DNA of 64,000 nt from Laetmonice hystrix (lineage: Eukaryota): assembly GCA_965235115.1 (NCBI GenBank), contig OZ249438.1:27776001-27840000 (forward strand). Reading direction: 5' to 3'. A program made the position numbers and the translations under genes. The notes below the pieces were generated by a model, which saw only the letters and a list, made by a program, of their open reading frames with translations, had not been told where the DNA came from and did not search any database. Shown here one piece after another: positions 1 through 13,100 of this stretch; the stretch's first letter is position 1, and the number at the start of each line of letters is the position of its first letter.

Positions 1-600
1 GCTTTCCAGGTCAGCCTGGGTCTCCCGTTCTGCCTGTGTAACTGCTGGCTTGTCTATGGTTTCCAGGTCAGCCTGAGTCTCCCGTTCTGCCTGTGTAACT
101 GCTGGCTTGTCTTTTATTTCCAGGTCGGCCTGGGTCTCCCGTTCTGCCTGTGTAACTGCTGGCTTGTCTTTGGTTTCCAGGTCAGCCTGAGTCTCCCGTT
201 CTGCCTGTGTAACTGCTGGCTTGTCTATGGTTTCCATGTCAGCCTGGGCCTCCCGTTCTGCCTGTGTAACTGCTGGCTTGTCTATGGTTTCCAGGTTAGC
301 TCGGGTCTCCCGTTCTGCCTGTGTAACTGCGGGCTTGTCTTTGGTTTCCATGTCAGCCTGGGTCTCCCGTTCTGCCTGTGTAACTGCTGGCTTGTCTATG
401 GTTTCCAGGTCAGCCTGGGTCTCCTGTTCTGCCTGTGTAACTGCTGGCTTGTCTTTGGTTTCCAGGTCGGCCTGGGTCTCCCGTTCTGCCTGTGTAACTG
501 TTGGCTTCTCTTCTTCAAGGTTTGCCTCAGTTTCTCGTTCTGCCTTTATAACTGTTGTCATGTCCCTGGCGTCAAGGTCAGCCTGGGTCTCCTGCTCTTT
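1..600. repeat. Coding tandem repeat, 57-bp unit, at least 9 near-identical plus about 2 degenerate copies
   Basis: ttccaggtcagcctgggtctcccgttctgcctgtgtaactgctggcttgtctatggt recurs at 4, 61, 118, 175 and onward. Confidence 0.95.
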
Positions 601-1140
601 TTGGACAGTTACTGTTTTGACCTGGGCATGGAAACCAACAAGAATTTCCTGTTCTGTTTGAATCAATGTTTGGTTTACAGTCTCAAGGTCAGTAGGTAAC
701 TCCAGCTCTGCCATGCCCTGAATGTGCTGGCCGTTCTCCTGGTCTGGGGTGACTGCTGTGAGGACGTCATCACGTTGGGCTGGGATCTCCGTGGTGTAAA
801 GAACCTCGGGGCAGGCCTGGTGAGCCCCCTCTGGATGTCTTGGTCGGGTGATAGTACTGTCTGTCACTTCCCAGGAGTGTTCATGTTGGCAAGCCACTGG
901 GGTGTGCCTGGACTCGGGAGTTAGGGAGGAGAGGTCCGTGGATGAGAGCTGCGATCTCCGGTCACTGTCGTCCGTCTGCGATTCCTTGTCCTCGACATCT
1001 GTTGGCAAGGTCACCTCCAGCTGCTCCAGGTCCGTCTGCGAGCTCTTGTCTTCCAAACTGGTCTCTGAACCCCAGCGGTCAAGGTTAGTGACGTGACCGT
1101 TAGGGGGCGGTGTGGTGGTGGAAGCGGCAAGCTGCGACAT
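1..1140 (-). CDS. Exon 68: large disordered exon with 19-aa tandem repeat, runs off the window
   Basis: Acceptor gtgcttctgtag|ATG, phase 0, stop-free to base 1; MSQLAASTT..DKSSQTD..DKESQTD..(ETIDKPAVTQAERETQADL)n. Confidence 0.82.
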   Translation of the reverse strand, partial: MSQLAASTTTPPPNGHVTNLDRWGSETSLEDKSSQTDLEQLEVTLPTDVEDKESQTDDSDRRSQLSSTDLSSLTPESRHTPVACQHEHSWEVTDSTITRPRHPEGAHQACPEVLYTTEIPAQRDDVLTAVTPDQENGQHIQGMAELELPTDLETVNQTLIQTEQEILVGFHAQVKTVTVQKEQETQADLDARDMTTVIKAERETEANLEEEKPTVTQAERETQADLETKDKPAVTQAEQETQADLETIDKPAVTQAERETQADMETKDKPAVTQAERETRANLETIDKPAVTQAEREAQADMETIDKPAVTQAERETQADLETKDKPAVTQAERETQADLEIKDKPAVTQAERETQADLETIDKPAVTQAERETQADLES

Positions 1141-4100
1141 CTACAGAAGCACACAGGTGCACACAGTACGCATACAACAAAGGAAGAAACACACACACAA
1201 CAGAAAGCAACCTTCAATTTCATGACTGAGAAAAACCAACATAATGTCAATATCAACATGAAATTAAAGTTAACCACGAAAATGTACATTACAATGAGAG
1301 CAAGGAAGAGTGTAGAATGTAGTACTGTGCAAATGTCGTTCAGTGTAGAAGTACAGACAACACTGTGCTGAGACTATAAGAAATCACAACATACAAATAT
1401 AAAGTACATAAACTGAAACATGATGTTGGTTAAATAATACCTATTCCCACCACTCATATATACACCACTCCACGACAATAAAAGCAGTTCCTGTGAATCT
1501 TCGCAATATTTGAATCTATACATAGGTTTATAATGTACGTTATTCATGGTTATATAATATGCGCTAATCATGGCCTATGTGAAATCATCCCTACCCTCAG
1601 CATTAGCAACAACTTTACAATATTGGCTCACACCTTGCACTAATAAGATATTAGTCCAAGGTTTCACCAAGGAGAGGCCTCATCCTATACATGTACGTGT
1701 ATTAACAACTTACAAGTGTGCCTTTCAATATAAAAATGCTCTTACTTTAAAATAAAACCGAAATTACGTTAATTGAATACAATGGTTTTCCAAACCTATT
1801 TTTTCTTAACATCTTAACACTATAGGATTGAGATATCTCCTTGTATACCCTACTAACTATTCTGAGTAACCGCTTACCCTGTCAATTATAACCGTAGCTT
1901 AAAACTTGTTATGATCAGGTTGGAGACTTGAAGTCGGAGGGAGAGAGTTGGGGATCAGGTCGTCAGGAGCACTTCAATGCATGCAAGCTTTGAATGCGCG
2001 AGTTTGGATTGGGGATTTCATTCAGAATGATCTCTATTTTTTAATGGAAATGAAATGATCTTTGCTTTCTTATAATCCTGTCGAAAGAGAAATATTAAAA
2101 TGACAGCAGAACCTAGAATTCGGAAAAGCTTTAGCTGTCCAAATGACAATGCCCCATTTTGAGTAAGATATTTGAATTTTACACAACACTATCCAAGCTT
2201 TCCATATAAGAATAATCACATACCGAGTACATTTCATTTCCATATTTCCTGGATGGTTAGCACAGTACCTGATCATAACACGTCTTATCCTTGTGCATTA
2301 TTACATGTTATAAACAGCTAGATCGACGTGTAGGACGCCTACAGTTACAGGTGACCGTCTCTCTCAGACCGCAGTAAGCTGTGTTATTTGTTACTGCCCG
2401 TCCCAGCTGTATCTATACTCTCCTCATACCTTCGGCATATGACTCATGTGTGTCAAGTAAACCTCAGCCTTTTTTACCCTGCTGTCCTTGTTACTTCAAC
2501 ACTTTAACAACAGTTCTGGACAAACATTTATCGGGTGACATCCACAATCAACAAGTCTGGTGTAATAATGACCCTCGCTATACAATCAACATGCCAGTCT
2601 ATTATACTCATTACATACATACTGCACTACATGACACGTTTCAACCAGAATAACCCCGTATGACGCAGTACTTTAGTGCTATAACATAAGTTATCATAGA
2701 ATAGGGCTGGAGAGCCGCTCTGATTATAAAAATCTACAATCATTCCTATCCTGGATATTGAACGGCTGACAGGGACGATACCCTGAACGTTGATCAGGTC
2801 GTGTCAGAGGTCAAGACCCACAGTCAGACGAACCGTCTACCTACCTGGGTGTCCCGCAGTTGTTGCCGGAGATAAGCTGTGTTGTGGGTACCGACGGCCG
2901 GGTCGTCCTCCTCCCCTCCGCCCCCGGACTGTGCGATCTTAGCGTCGGTAAGCCACGCCTCCGTGTCGTCAAACCGGGCCCGGTACTCGGCCACTGCCGC
3001 CTCATGTCGCTGCCGGTCTCGTAACACGGCCTGCAGGATAACGTACAGCGCATAGCTGAGTACCCAACCAATCACGATCATACTCCTACAATCACCTCGC
3101 TAACGGTGGCAGCCAGAACATACTCCTACAATCACCTCGCTAACGGTGGCAGCCAGAACATCGGCCAAATTGTCACCTTCTCCCGCCTCTGGAGGCACTG
3201 GGCAGGAGTCTGTCTTAATACGGTAAAAAATAGCAGGAAAACATAACTCTGGTCTAGTATTGTTTCACTCTCAGTGTCTGGGCTGCCAAGACTCTGCTGG
3301 GCTGGAAAAAACTAACGAAGGGTTATCCGTTACTCCCCCTGCATCGTGTGCGCCAGGAAAGGTACGAAAAAACTCCATATCTTCATATCCTCTCACATCA
3401 AGGCTGGTCTACCGACTGCTGGTCTTCGGGTTCACATCCAGGAAAAGTTATTCATACTCGGTGATTACTTTACACCACGTTTCCTTACAGCATTGGGCTT
3501 GAACGTTCTCCTAGGTCTGCCGGGTGTGAACTGATTCCAACTAAAAAACACAACTCTTGTCGAGTGTGTCTGAGCTACTGCTTTCCCACACGGCTCGGTG
3601 CACGTGAAGTTCCTAAGGAAACGCTCTCATATCTGGTCAATAAATGAACAGCGTCTCATTATACTGAAGTGAACGAGACTGCCTGACCATGCAGGTAGAT
3701 TGGGGTCGATCACATTGTGTGTGTTTGTGCATACTATGAAAAGATCCCTAATACCATTCCCCACCATAATACAGTGATGTAGGTTATAGTATAATGAATA
3801 CCAGTGACCAGATGTGGTGGTCTCCCGTCCTCGCTCTGTCACCTGGTATGATAGGAACCCCGTAATAAATGTCTGGAGACTGGGCGGGCCTGGGAGTGAG
3901 CTCACAGAGTAGTGTGGATGCCACCGACCGTGGCACCCAGTCGGGTGGGGTCGGGTGGGGTCTGCTTGGCTCGGCTCACCCAGGCGTGTCGGCCAAACCC
4001 AGAACTGTCACGGCTGCATTCACAGGTTTCAGCAACAGGTGTCCACGCACGCCTTGACACTGGCGTGGCTTCTTCACATTTGAGAAAATCTTCCCACATC

Positions 4101-7100
4101 AACTTAATGTAGTCAGTGATGGAATCCCCAATCCACTATCAATTTTCTGGCCTCACTGCCTTTCCTGCACTTCTGGCAGGCAGGCTGGTGCATGCATGGG
4201 GGAAGCTGATGAGAGGCTGAGGCTGAGCGACCGTGTGGATGTCTTATATCCTCCTTGGATACTTTCCTGTGACCAACACAGTCAGCCCTGTGAGCCCCAC
4301 TTACACAGCATACCTCCTGGACTGTCTGACGGATTCATTATGTCCAGGTACGAGTGGTCTCACAAGCCGTCTCAGGATGAACACGTGTGTTGCAGCCATG
4401 TGACCGGCCTGTTTACAAGATGGGGACATGTGTCCTGACGACGTCCAGTCGTGTATGAGCGGGCAGCACTGGCCGCCAACCACGTGGAGTTTGGTCGGTT
4501 TGTGGAAGAGTCCACTGCCCACTTCTCGAGGGGGTGGCAGGTCAAGGAGGTTATTACAATTAGCCACAATGACAGCTGCTGACAGCACATGTAATGGGCA
4601 CCGTCAAACAATGCACCCCCTGACATAATGACTGTAGTCCTAAGATTGACTGTCTCATGTGTCAAACAGTGGTTCCCCCCCAGTAACCTCCTCCCCTTTG
4701 TTATTACTGGACCCAAGCACTACCTCAGCAGCCTTGTATTATGTGGACTTGGGACAAGCTTTTCTCACAATACCGCGGCATTATGTCAAACCATAATGAA
4801 ATGATCTAGCAGGAAATCTTCCCCGTTCTTTGGGTCCATACGAAACCCCTGGGATCAATATCTCTGACCTGGTATGTCTGTGTCTGTGATCTCAGCGAGT
4901 TGACTGATAATATGAGGGTGTACCATCATCGTGTGAGGTCTAGATTATTATTCTGTTTACCATAACGCCGTATCATCGTAAATACCTGACATTTTGTTCT
5001 AACTTTAACTGACTAAATTAACTGAGCATCTCCCCTCACTGAGAAATGGGACTTGCCAGCTCGCTGTCAATAAGCGCCTAAATTAACTCGATCAGGAATT
5101 AATTTGACTTCAATCACTCCAAGATTTCAACATTTCCTTTTTCACACAGCACGCACTTCGTGCAGGTTTCTAATCTTGGTTGGCCCAACCCTTAAATTCT
5201 AGAACTGAACTTGGTTAATACATGGATAGTGACCATTGTCACCACCTTCACAATTCAAGTCCCAAGGCATACCCAGACCTTGCCAGGTTGAGCCGAGGTG
5301 AGAATGCCACTGGCGGTGTTCTCATGCCAACTCAATCCGACACACTTTTTACCTATCTCACTGCTATATTTAGAACAGACAAACATGGCGTTTTTACTGT
5401 TTTAACTGTTTTACGGGTGGGATTATTAGTACAGTGCTCGTAAGGTATAATGGTGGGAATATTGACTTCAGTAATGACAAATATTTAACGGGAATCACAA
5501 AACGTCAATCTAATTGGCCGATATACATATGTACAACCATCTGTTCTACCATATTAAGCAGAAAATCTTGGCGATTCTAAATTGCAATTCTTAAAAAATG
5601 CAGTAGACAGAAAACATGTTTTGACTCTCTCTCCTCTCTGTCACAAAAAAACACGGCACTTTTCCCCCGGAAAATATGAATGATGTAAGACAGCTGGAGT
5701 ATCAATGGAAGTTTTTTTGTTACGTACGGTACTGACATTATATTCCCCTTCACTGACACGCCTTCATGGAAACACAGCCACCTGTCACATGTAATTACAC
5801 ATAACTGGAAGATTAGAGAGTTTGGGGGGGGGGGGGGCAGGAGAGAGGGAGAGAGGGATAGAGAGGTGTGCGAACCTGGAGTTCCTGCTCCCGGTCAGTA
5901 AGCGTTGTCTCCAGTGTGTGCAGTCTTTCCTCCAGCATCTGGAGCGTGGTCCTCATGGCGGGTTGTCCATCCGGGTCACACCGCTCCAGGATCACCGCCC
6001 CCTGGTGGCGTACTGACACAACACTCTCGTGTATCGTCTCCAACTCTATCTTCAACGTCTGAAACAGGAACGTTTTCGATTTAAACAAACGGTTTTTATT
6101 GTTGAAGACAAGTTGGGCACTGCTTGGTGTAATAACTGAGAACATAGGACAAGACCTTGAAGATCTCATAAAGTACAGAAAGTGAGTCCATGAGCCGTCC
6201 ACCTCACCTGGAGTTGGTTGACCTGGGCTCGGACCTCCTCCAGGCCGTCGCCGGGAGTGAGGTCAGTGAGTTCAGCCGAGAGCTGGTCCATGTGACGAGT
6301 GACGTCCTGGAGGGAGTGCTGATATTCTTCCTGTCGGTGGAGGGCTGCCTCCAGGTCATGGGCACGCTGACTTAACTGTGACGGACAGACGGAGAGGTGA
6401 GAACCGGGCTTAAACAGACACATGGGGTGGTGGGCGGGGGAGGTATCGGGGAGACCATGTCATAGACAAGGTACCTGCTCTTTCTGTTCTGACTTCATAT
6501 TGTACCTGCTAGAAGAGACAGACGGGGACCTTCCAACCAATAGTTTGAGCAAACGACACAAGGGGGCACCACTGGGGCCAAGGTAAACCACACGGCCACA
6601 GGTCCCATCCCATCCCCTTGACCCAGATGATGGACTTCCCTCATCATGACACTGAAAAACTAGACTGATTAAAATAACATAAACAACGGTGTTCGAAAAA
6701 ATATTTCTGGATAATTCAAGACTAAAACAAAGCTGTTAAATTGACTGTCATGAAAGCTACCAAAAACGGTCCTAAACATGAGAAACACTTAACGGACTCT
6801 TGACAAATGTCATGGGTATCTATCTGATCATGTAGTAATGAGTCAACATTGTAATAAATTAGGAGAAACTATCAAAGAATGTTCGACTTTGGAGTATTTC
6901 TTTTTAGAATAACTGTTGAGAACATTTTGTCTGGAACCGCTTTTTGATCAGGTATCAACATTTTCTCAGCCAACACATTTACACGTAGCCAGGTTACATA
7001 GACACTTCCTGAAGCAACTTTAGCAAATACATGTACTCTGAAAGCAAAGTTTAATACACAAACTGCCCATACTCAATTCAACATCAACAGCCCAACACAT

Positions 7101-10100
7101 ATTCAGTAAGGTTAATGCAACTCCAGATATAAACTACACATTCAGATTTACGTGCTGCAGTACGGTTTTCCTTTTAGTAGCATCTTTGAATGTCAGCGTG
7201 ACAAAGTCTGTATACTATTATGCAGAGACAAAGTTGTTCATATACAAAAACATTATCATTCAACAGAATAATACATTGTTCAAATCATAATTGAATACTA
7301 CACACGGAAATAAAGCATGTGTATCTGTTTGAGATGAAGTTGTAATGTAGTTATCTTTTGTCACAATGAACTGTGTGGTCCTACCAGCACAGCAACACGT
7401 GACGTCACTATAACCGCTGACGTCACGTCTTTGGTGTAATACCTGAGCCTGAAGACGATTCCATGACGTGTTGAGGTCAACAAGAGAGGGCGTGGACGCA
7501 CGGGACAGAGACACGGGTAAGGAGACAGAGAGGTCTGCGCTCGTGTCCCACTGAGACGGTGGCAGGCCCGGGATTGCAACAAACTCCGAGCACAGCGACT
7601 GCATACAGAAGCACAGCATGCAAAACAAAAACAGTCAACAGGCTTCCACCGTCACTTCTAGTGATACAGACACATTGCACGAACGTCACCGTCAGCATCC
7701 CAGCCTCGTCACCAACAGATGCTTCGGGTTCAATACTACATTACAAGCCATTCTGTCAAATGCTAAAATAACAAAATATTAAATAAATAAACAAATAAAA
7801 AAAAAGCCACAATGCAAAATAATATGCAGGGCCACAAGATGCACGAAGTAGCTAAACTTTCTAAAAATAACCATGAATGTCTGGCAGTGTCTAGTTTTTT
7901 AATTGGCCATGGGGAAATGGAAAACGTACAATTGTGTTATGCCACCCAATAACCGTTCATGTTACTGAGTCAAGCTTTCCCATCCTAGGGTGTTCTTGGT
8001 TAGAGGGCAAAGTTTAGTTTCACTCAGAGATAACATTATATCTGGACGTGTTCTTTCCCTCCTTCCACCTGGGCATGAAATGTTCCTCATGACATCCAAC
8101 CACCTCATCTTATCGCCAATGACCACACACAACCGGTTACACTTTAATAAAACCAGTTTGACAAAAAAACAATATATTAGAACTAGACCAAGAAACACAA
8201 TTAGTACAAAACGGGCTCATTATCATTACAACACAGTTGATAAGGAAAACTCATGTTAGTGTATGTTTCTGATGATACAAAAGGAAGAGAAAAGCTGCCA
8301 GATGTTTAAGGTGCTACTGATGGTTTTCTGTTCCGTGACTCACGGGGAACATTTCATGCTGGGCTGGTGTTTGTGTGATGCTAGATGATGTGGAAGCCGT
8401 GTCAGTGTGACCCGTATTTACCTGGTTGGTAGAGACTGGATCAGCCACCGACAGACTCCGTGGGCTCTGTGTACTCCGGGATGTGTCCGAGCCAGAACCC
8501 GGGGTACAGACTCTCCACCCGGTCTCAGGCGGGGTCCCCTGCTCGGATACAGTCGGCATGGTGTCCTGTAGGCAGGATGCCGACCCCACTGGACGGGACC
8601 TTTCTTGAGTCGGTCTCCGCCCCAGTTGGACCTCCTGGGCCGCCAAAAGAAGCTCTCCTGATGCTGGGTGCATGGCTCGATCCGGGGCCCTCTCCAGCAC
8701 CTCTCCAGCTGTGGATCGTGTCAGCGGGACATGAACTGTTGGGATCTGAGGATCCACACTCTGGACCGATGGGTCTGATGTAATAACGTCCTTCCCACTC
8801 AGTGACCTCTCAGTGACCTTCGGGAGGTGAATGGCCATATTCTCGGAGTCATCGCCCACCAGGGTAGACGTGTCGCTGCTACCCGATTGGTCAGGTTCCA
8901 CGGTGGCCTCAACCATCAGGAAGTCTGTACTGTCCGAGCTCCCAGAGACAGGCCTGAAGGGACTCGTGGTCTCCCGCCTCCCGTCAAGTCTCCCGGCGAC
9001 CGCTGAGGTCATGACTGGGCTCCAGTTCTCCGCCTGCCCACTGACGGGCGTGTTGTAGACAGAGAGTGTGGCGCCATCTGGTGTCATCATCACGCCGCTA
9101 TCCTTCCTGTCCAGGAGTTGGTGAGCGGGGGAGGATGTGATAGAGACTGTGCGGAAACTCTCCGCCTCCCACACGCCATCAACGTCGTCACCGTGTAGCT
9201 GGGTGAGCAGGGTTCCGACAGGAGCAGGGCTCAAAGTTTCCATCCTCTCGGTCAACTCGAGTTGTCGAAGGTTAATCTCCTCAATAAGTGCCTGTGAGGC
9301 AGTGATCTGAGCGGTCAGAGCCTGAAAGCCAACAGCAACATAAGGGACGCCTCAACATTTAGCAACCAAACCGTAACCATGGAAACGTAAAATGGAAACC
9401 CTAACTGAACCTAGAAGTTAAAAAAACAGCTTCACAAACGTGTTGAGTTACTTCTTGGCACACACCTTCCTGATTACCACTCCTGTTTCCCTAGCCACTG
9501 TGACTTATGTTATTAATCCTTACTAAACTGCTCGTCTGGTGAAATGTTACTTTACTGACGGGCCAGACATTATTCCTAGACGTGCTTCAATTATTGTAAA
9601 ACAACGATAATACAATCAGATAAGTTTGAGACAATTAAGCATCAGAGAATCCCCCTAGTCAATAACAATATAAGTACAAATGATTAGATATGGCTTGAAT
9701 GGCTAAGGAAGCATGACGTATATCTTCGTCTAAGTCTTATCATCTAACATTAACATTCTTAACTTAGTATAACTAATTCTAGGTACTGATCTAGTCCTTT
9801 TAATCTCAAAGATCTCTAATCGGATGGATACAACGCCCTTCTGAAGATTGTCACCTTTATAACAGCTATGAATGTGCCTAACAATAAAATATAAACGAAG
9901 GTTCACTTATAATCTAAACAAAACTACATCATATAGCAGAGGTGTACGGACTTGCTGTGTGAGAGCCCTGGTTATCTACCTGTAATATTCTTTCTTTCAC
10001 CGACATCATATAGCAGAGGTGTACGGACTTGCTGTGTGAGAGCCCTGGTTATCTACCTGTAATATTCTTTCTTTCACCGACATCATATAGCAGAGGTGTA

Positions 10101-13100
10101 CGGACTTGCTGTGTGAGAGCCCTGGTTATCTACCTGTAATATTCTTTCTTTCACCGACATCATATAGCTGAGGTGTACGGACTTGCTGTGTGAGAGCCCT
10201 GGTTATCTACCTGTAATATTCTTTCTTTCACCGAGATCATATAGCAGAGGTGTACGGACTTGCTGTGTGAGAGCCCTGGTTATCTACCTGTAATATTCTT
10301 TCTTTCACCGACATCATATAGCTGAGGTGTACGGACTTGCTGTGTGAGAGCCCTGGTTATCTACTTGTAATATTCTTTCTTTCACCGAGATCATATAGCA
10401 GAGGTGTACGGACTTGCTGTGTGAGAGCCCTGGTTATCTACCTGTAATATTCTTTCTTTCACCGAGATCTATAGCTTTTTTTCTAACCTGAAGCCACAAA
10501 CCAGCCAAGAAAACGACAACCTTGATATAATTAAAAAATAAACATAATTCAATTCAACACAACTGTCCAATACATGAAAAAGCCAACTGAATAAAATGTT
10601 TACATATTTTCCAGAAAAAAAATCACAGACGGCAAAATCCACTTTCAAAGGTTTAATGTCCCCTTTCGTGCCGTGGACAGGTGCCAGTGCTTCCCCCTTT
10701 CGGGCTAATTTGTAAGTAACAGCGGTGACTGGTCCAAGTTGTGAACATAAGAAGTCTTCTGACAAGTCTGACATTCCTAGGTCTCTGACTTATAACCGGT
10801 GCCCATTAGATTCTACCTGAGATCTCTCATTAACAGCCCAATACTTCCTTTCTCTTACTCTCTTCTCCGTCTCACGGTTGATTGCTTGAACTGGTCAATT
10901 ACCACCATTCAAATCCTAATGTCAAACTTGTACAAGTAATCACGAATCTCTGTCCTCAAGCCATAACATGCCACTCAGTTTCAACAGCTTCTATCAGCTA
11001 CGAGTAACGGAAATATAGTCACTATGAAATATTTCTTTAGTTCTTTGATCTCGTCGTTCATGGAATAATGTAATCATGTAATTTATAATCCTAGGTTTCA
11101 AGTCAGGACACCGCAGTGTTCTTCAAATACAATTGTCTAACTGCATAGATCTCTCAAATATGTTTACACTTCAAAATTTCTTCATCATTATTTTAAAACC
11201 TACGTATCCTATCTCTAATACATTACACAGACATGTTTGTTGACAGAATACCAAATATTTCCTATGTATAGTCATGTAAAACTTGAATCCCAGAGTTGAC
11301 ACGTTCTCACAAACTTGTGCTGGTCTGAGTTAAACCTCCTCATACGTGGTTCTAACAAGCAGTGCTACGATCGTTTTATCCAAGAACTTACATAATCATT
11401 TTCTCATCACTAAAACACTCTTGTCATTTGTCTCCGACCATTTGTTTTGGAAGGGTTCGCTCGTTTTGTTTTGAAAACGTCTCGTGATAAGACATGGCTA
11501 GGATATCGGAGAGTCCCTCAGTATCGAGACTGTTCACGTTTACCTGACTAGGGAAGTATACAGGGTACTCAAATAGACACATCATGTAGTCATAAAACAA
11601 ATCGCATGAGACAACTGGCTTCTACCTGGCAATCACTTATAACTAACACAACATCTTCTAAACCACTGTTTTAAAATCAGATAAATCAGGGTTTCCATTG
11701 GTTCTCTGAGAGAAGACAAATCACCAATTGTTTGATTCCATAAACTGTTGATGTGGGTGAGTGGAGCTTGGCGCGGGCCACCTATGTTCACACACTATCA
11801 CAGTCCACGGCTGTGGGTGTATCTGAGTGCCACCAGGTCCCACAGTAACATCACTCCGGGAGGTGTCGTGGATGTAAGGCGGCACGGATCCTACACGGAT
11901 CTCATGTTATATACAGGAGGAGGGAATGCAGAATCTACACAGGTAGAGGGAGATGCAGGACCAAAGAGGGGTAGGAGACTGTTGATTATCAGGTGTCACA
12001 CAGCCCACCTTGCCATCAGTCTTAGAGACACAAATATGAAGAATCAGTAAACAATGATTTGTTATAGTCACATGCACAAGTTTTAACCCCTAACGTGACC
12101 CACACTCGGAAAACTGGTCGCCTTTAGTAGTCCGTGTTCACACACGGTTAAACTGGTCGCCTTTAGTACTCCATTTTCAGACACTTTGGTTACACTGGCA
12201 ACATTAAATAGTAGTGCCTAATCCTGGTAAAGTAAAATGATCAAATCCACCAAACAAAGAGCTGCATATATATTTAATTTGTTTAAATTCTTTTTTTCCT
12301 GATTGTCTTACACTTTCCTGTTCTACTTGTTCATTCCTCTCGCAAGTATTTCTTACAGAATGCCTTGTTTTCCGAATGAGTGTCAGTGTCTATGAAAACT
12401 AGGAGGAGAGAGTATATGATAAAAGTTAGAACTACCCATAATGCAAATGCCACCACACACCGGTAAGTAATTATGCGAATCATGCGCCAATCAAAGACCA
12501 CCGCCTTATTAGTGCTGCCACCTAGGGAGTGACTACGAGTGTCACCTACGTTGTGTTCTGCTAGTTGACGTCGGAGACCTTCGACGGACGCGGCTGTGGG
12601 CGGGGCGTCGCTCAGCGACGTCTGTGCTGACGCGATCCGATTGGTCAGTTCCGTCACTTGCTCTTCGTAAGCCTCTTGTTGTTGGAGAGCATTTGTTAGT
12701 TCATCTTTTCGCCGTATGGTGGCCATCTTGAGCTCGTTGATCTCGTCAGCCAGCTGCTCCCCCTGGTGGGAAGGAGCCAAATCATTGGCGATCTCTCGCA
12801 ACTCCTCGTGACGTGATAAAATATCTCTCACCCGGGTTTCATGCCACTCAATGTCCGTGATCAAATTCTGACAGAAAAACCAAACACAAACAAATTTTAG
12901 TATAACTTTCATGATTTCAAAATGTAAAATTTCCCCTTTACTTCCCCACTCATTGCCACATATGAATCGACCATGAATCTGGAGTTCCAGAATCTTTGTT
13001 ACAAACATCTAATATCGGATTAATTCTAGAAGAAGACGAAATGAAAGTCACTGCCTTCCAAAACTGCTTCTGCCACATAAATAAATAAATAAATAAATAA

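Noticed and set aside
3178-3210. 33-nt possible exon (TPAQCLQRREK)
   Set aside because: Weak acceptor, and it would interrupt a continuous helix (EQELQ|AVLRDRQ).
3860-4720. GC-richer intronic block with several 60-115-aa ORFs
   Set aside because: No recognisable domain and no consistent splice-phase path; candidate exons contain stops.
9927-10468. CRISPR-like appearance of the 77-bp, 100-bp and 66-bp arrays
   Set aside because: Units are contiguous with no unique spacers, there are no cas genes, and the context is a spliceosomal gene.
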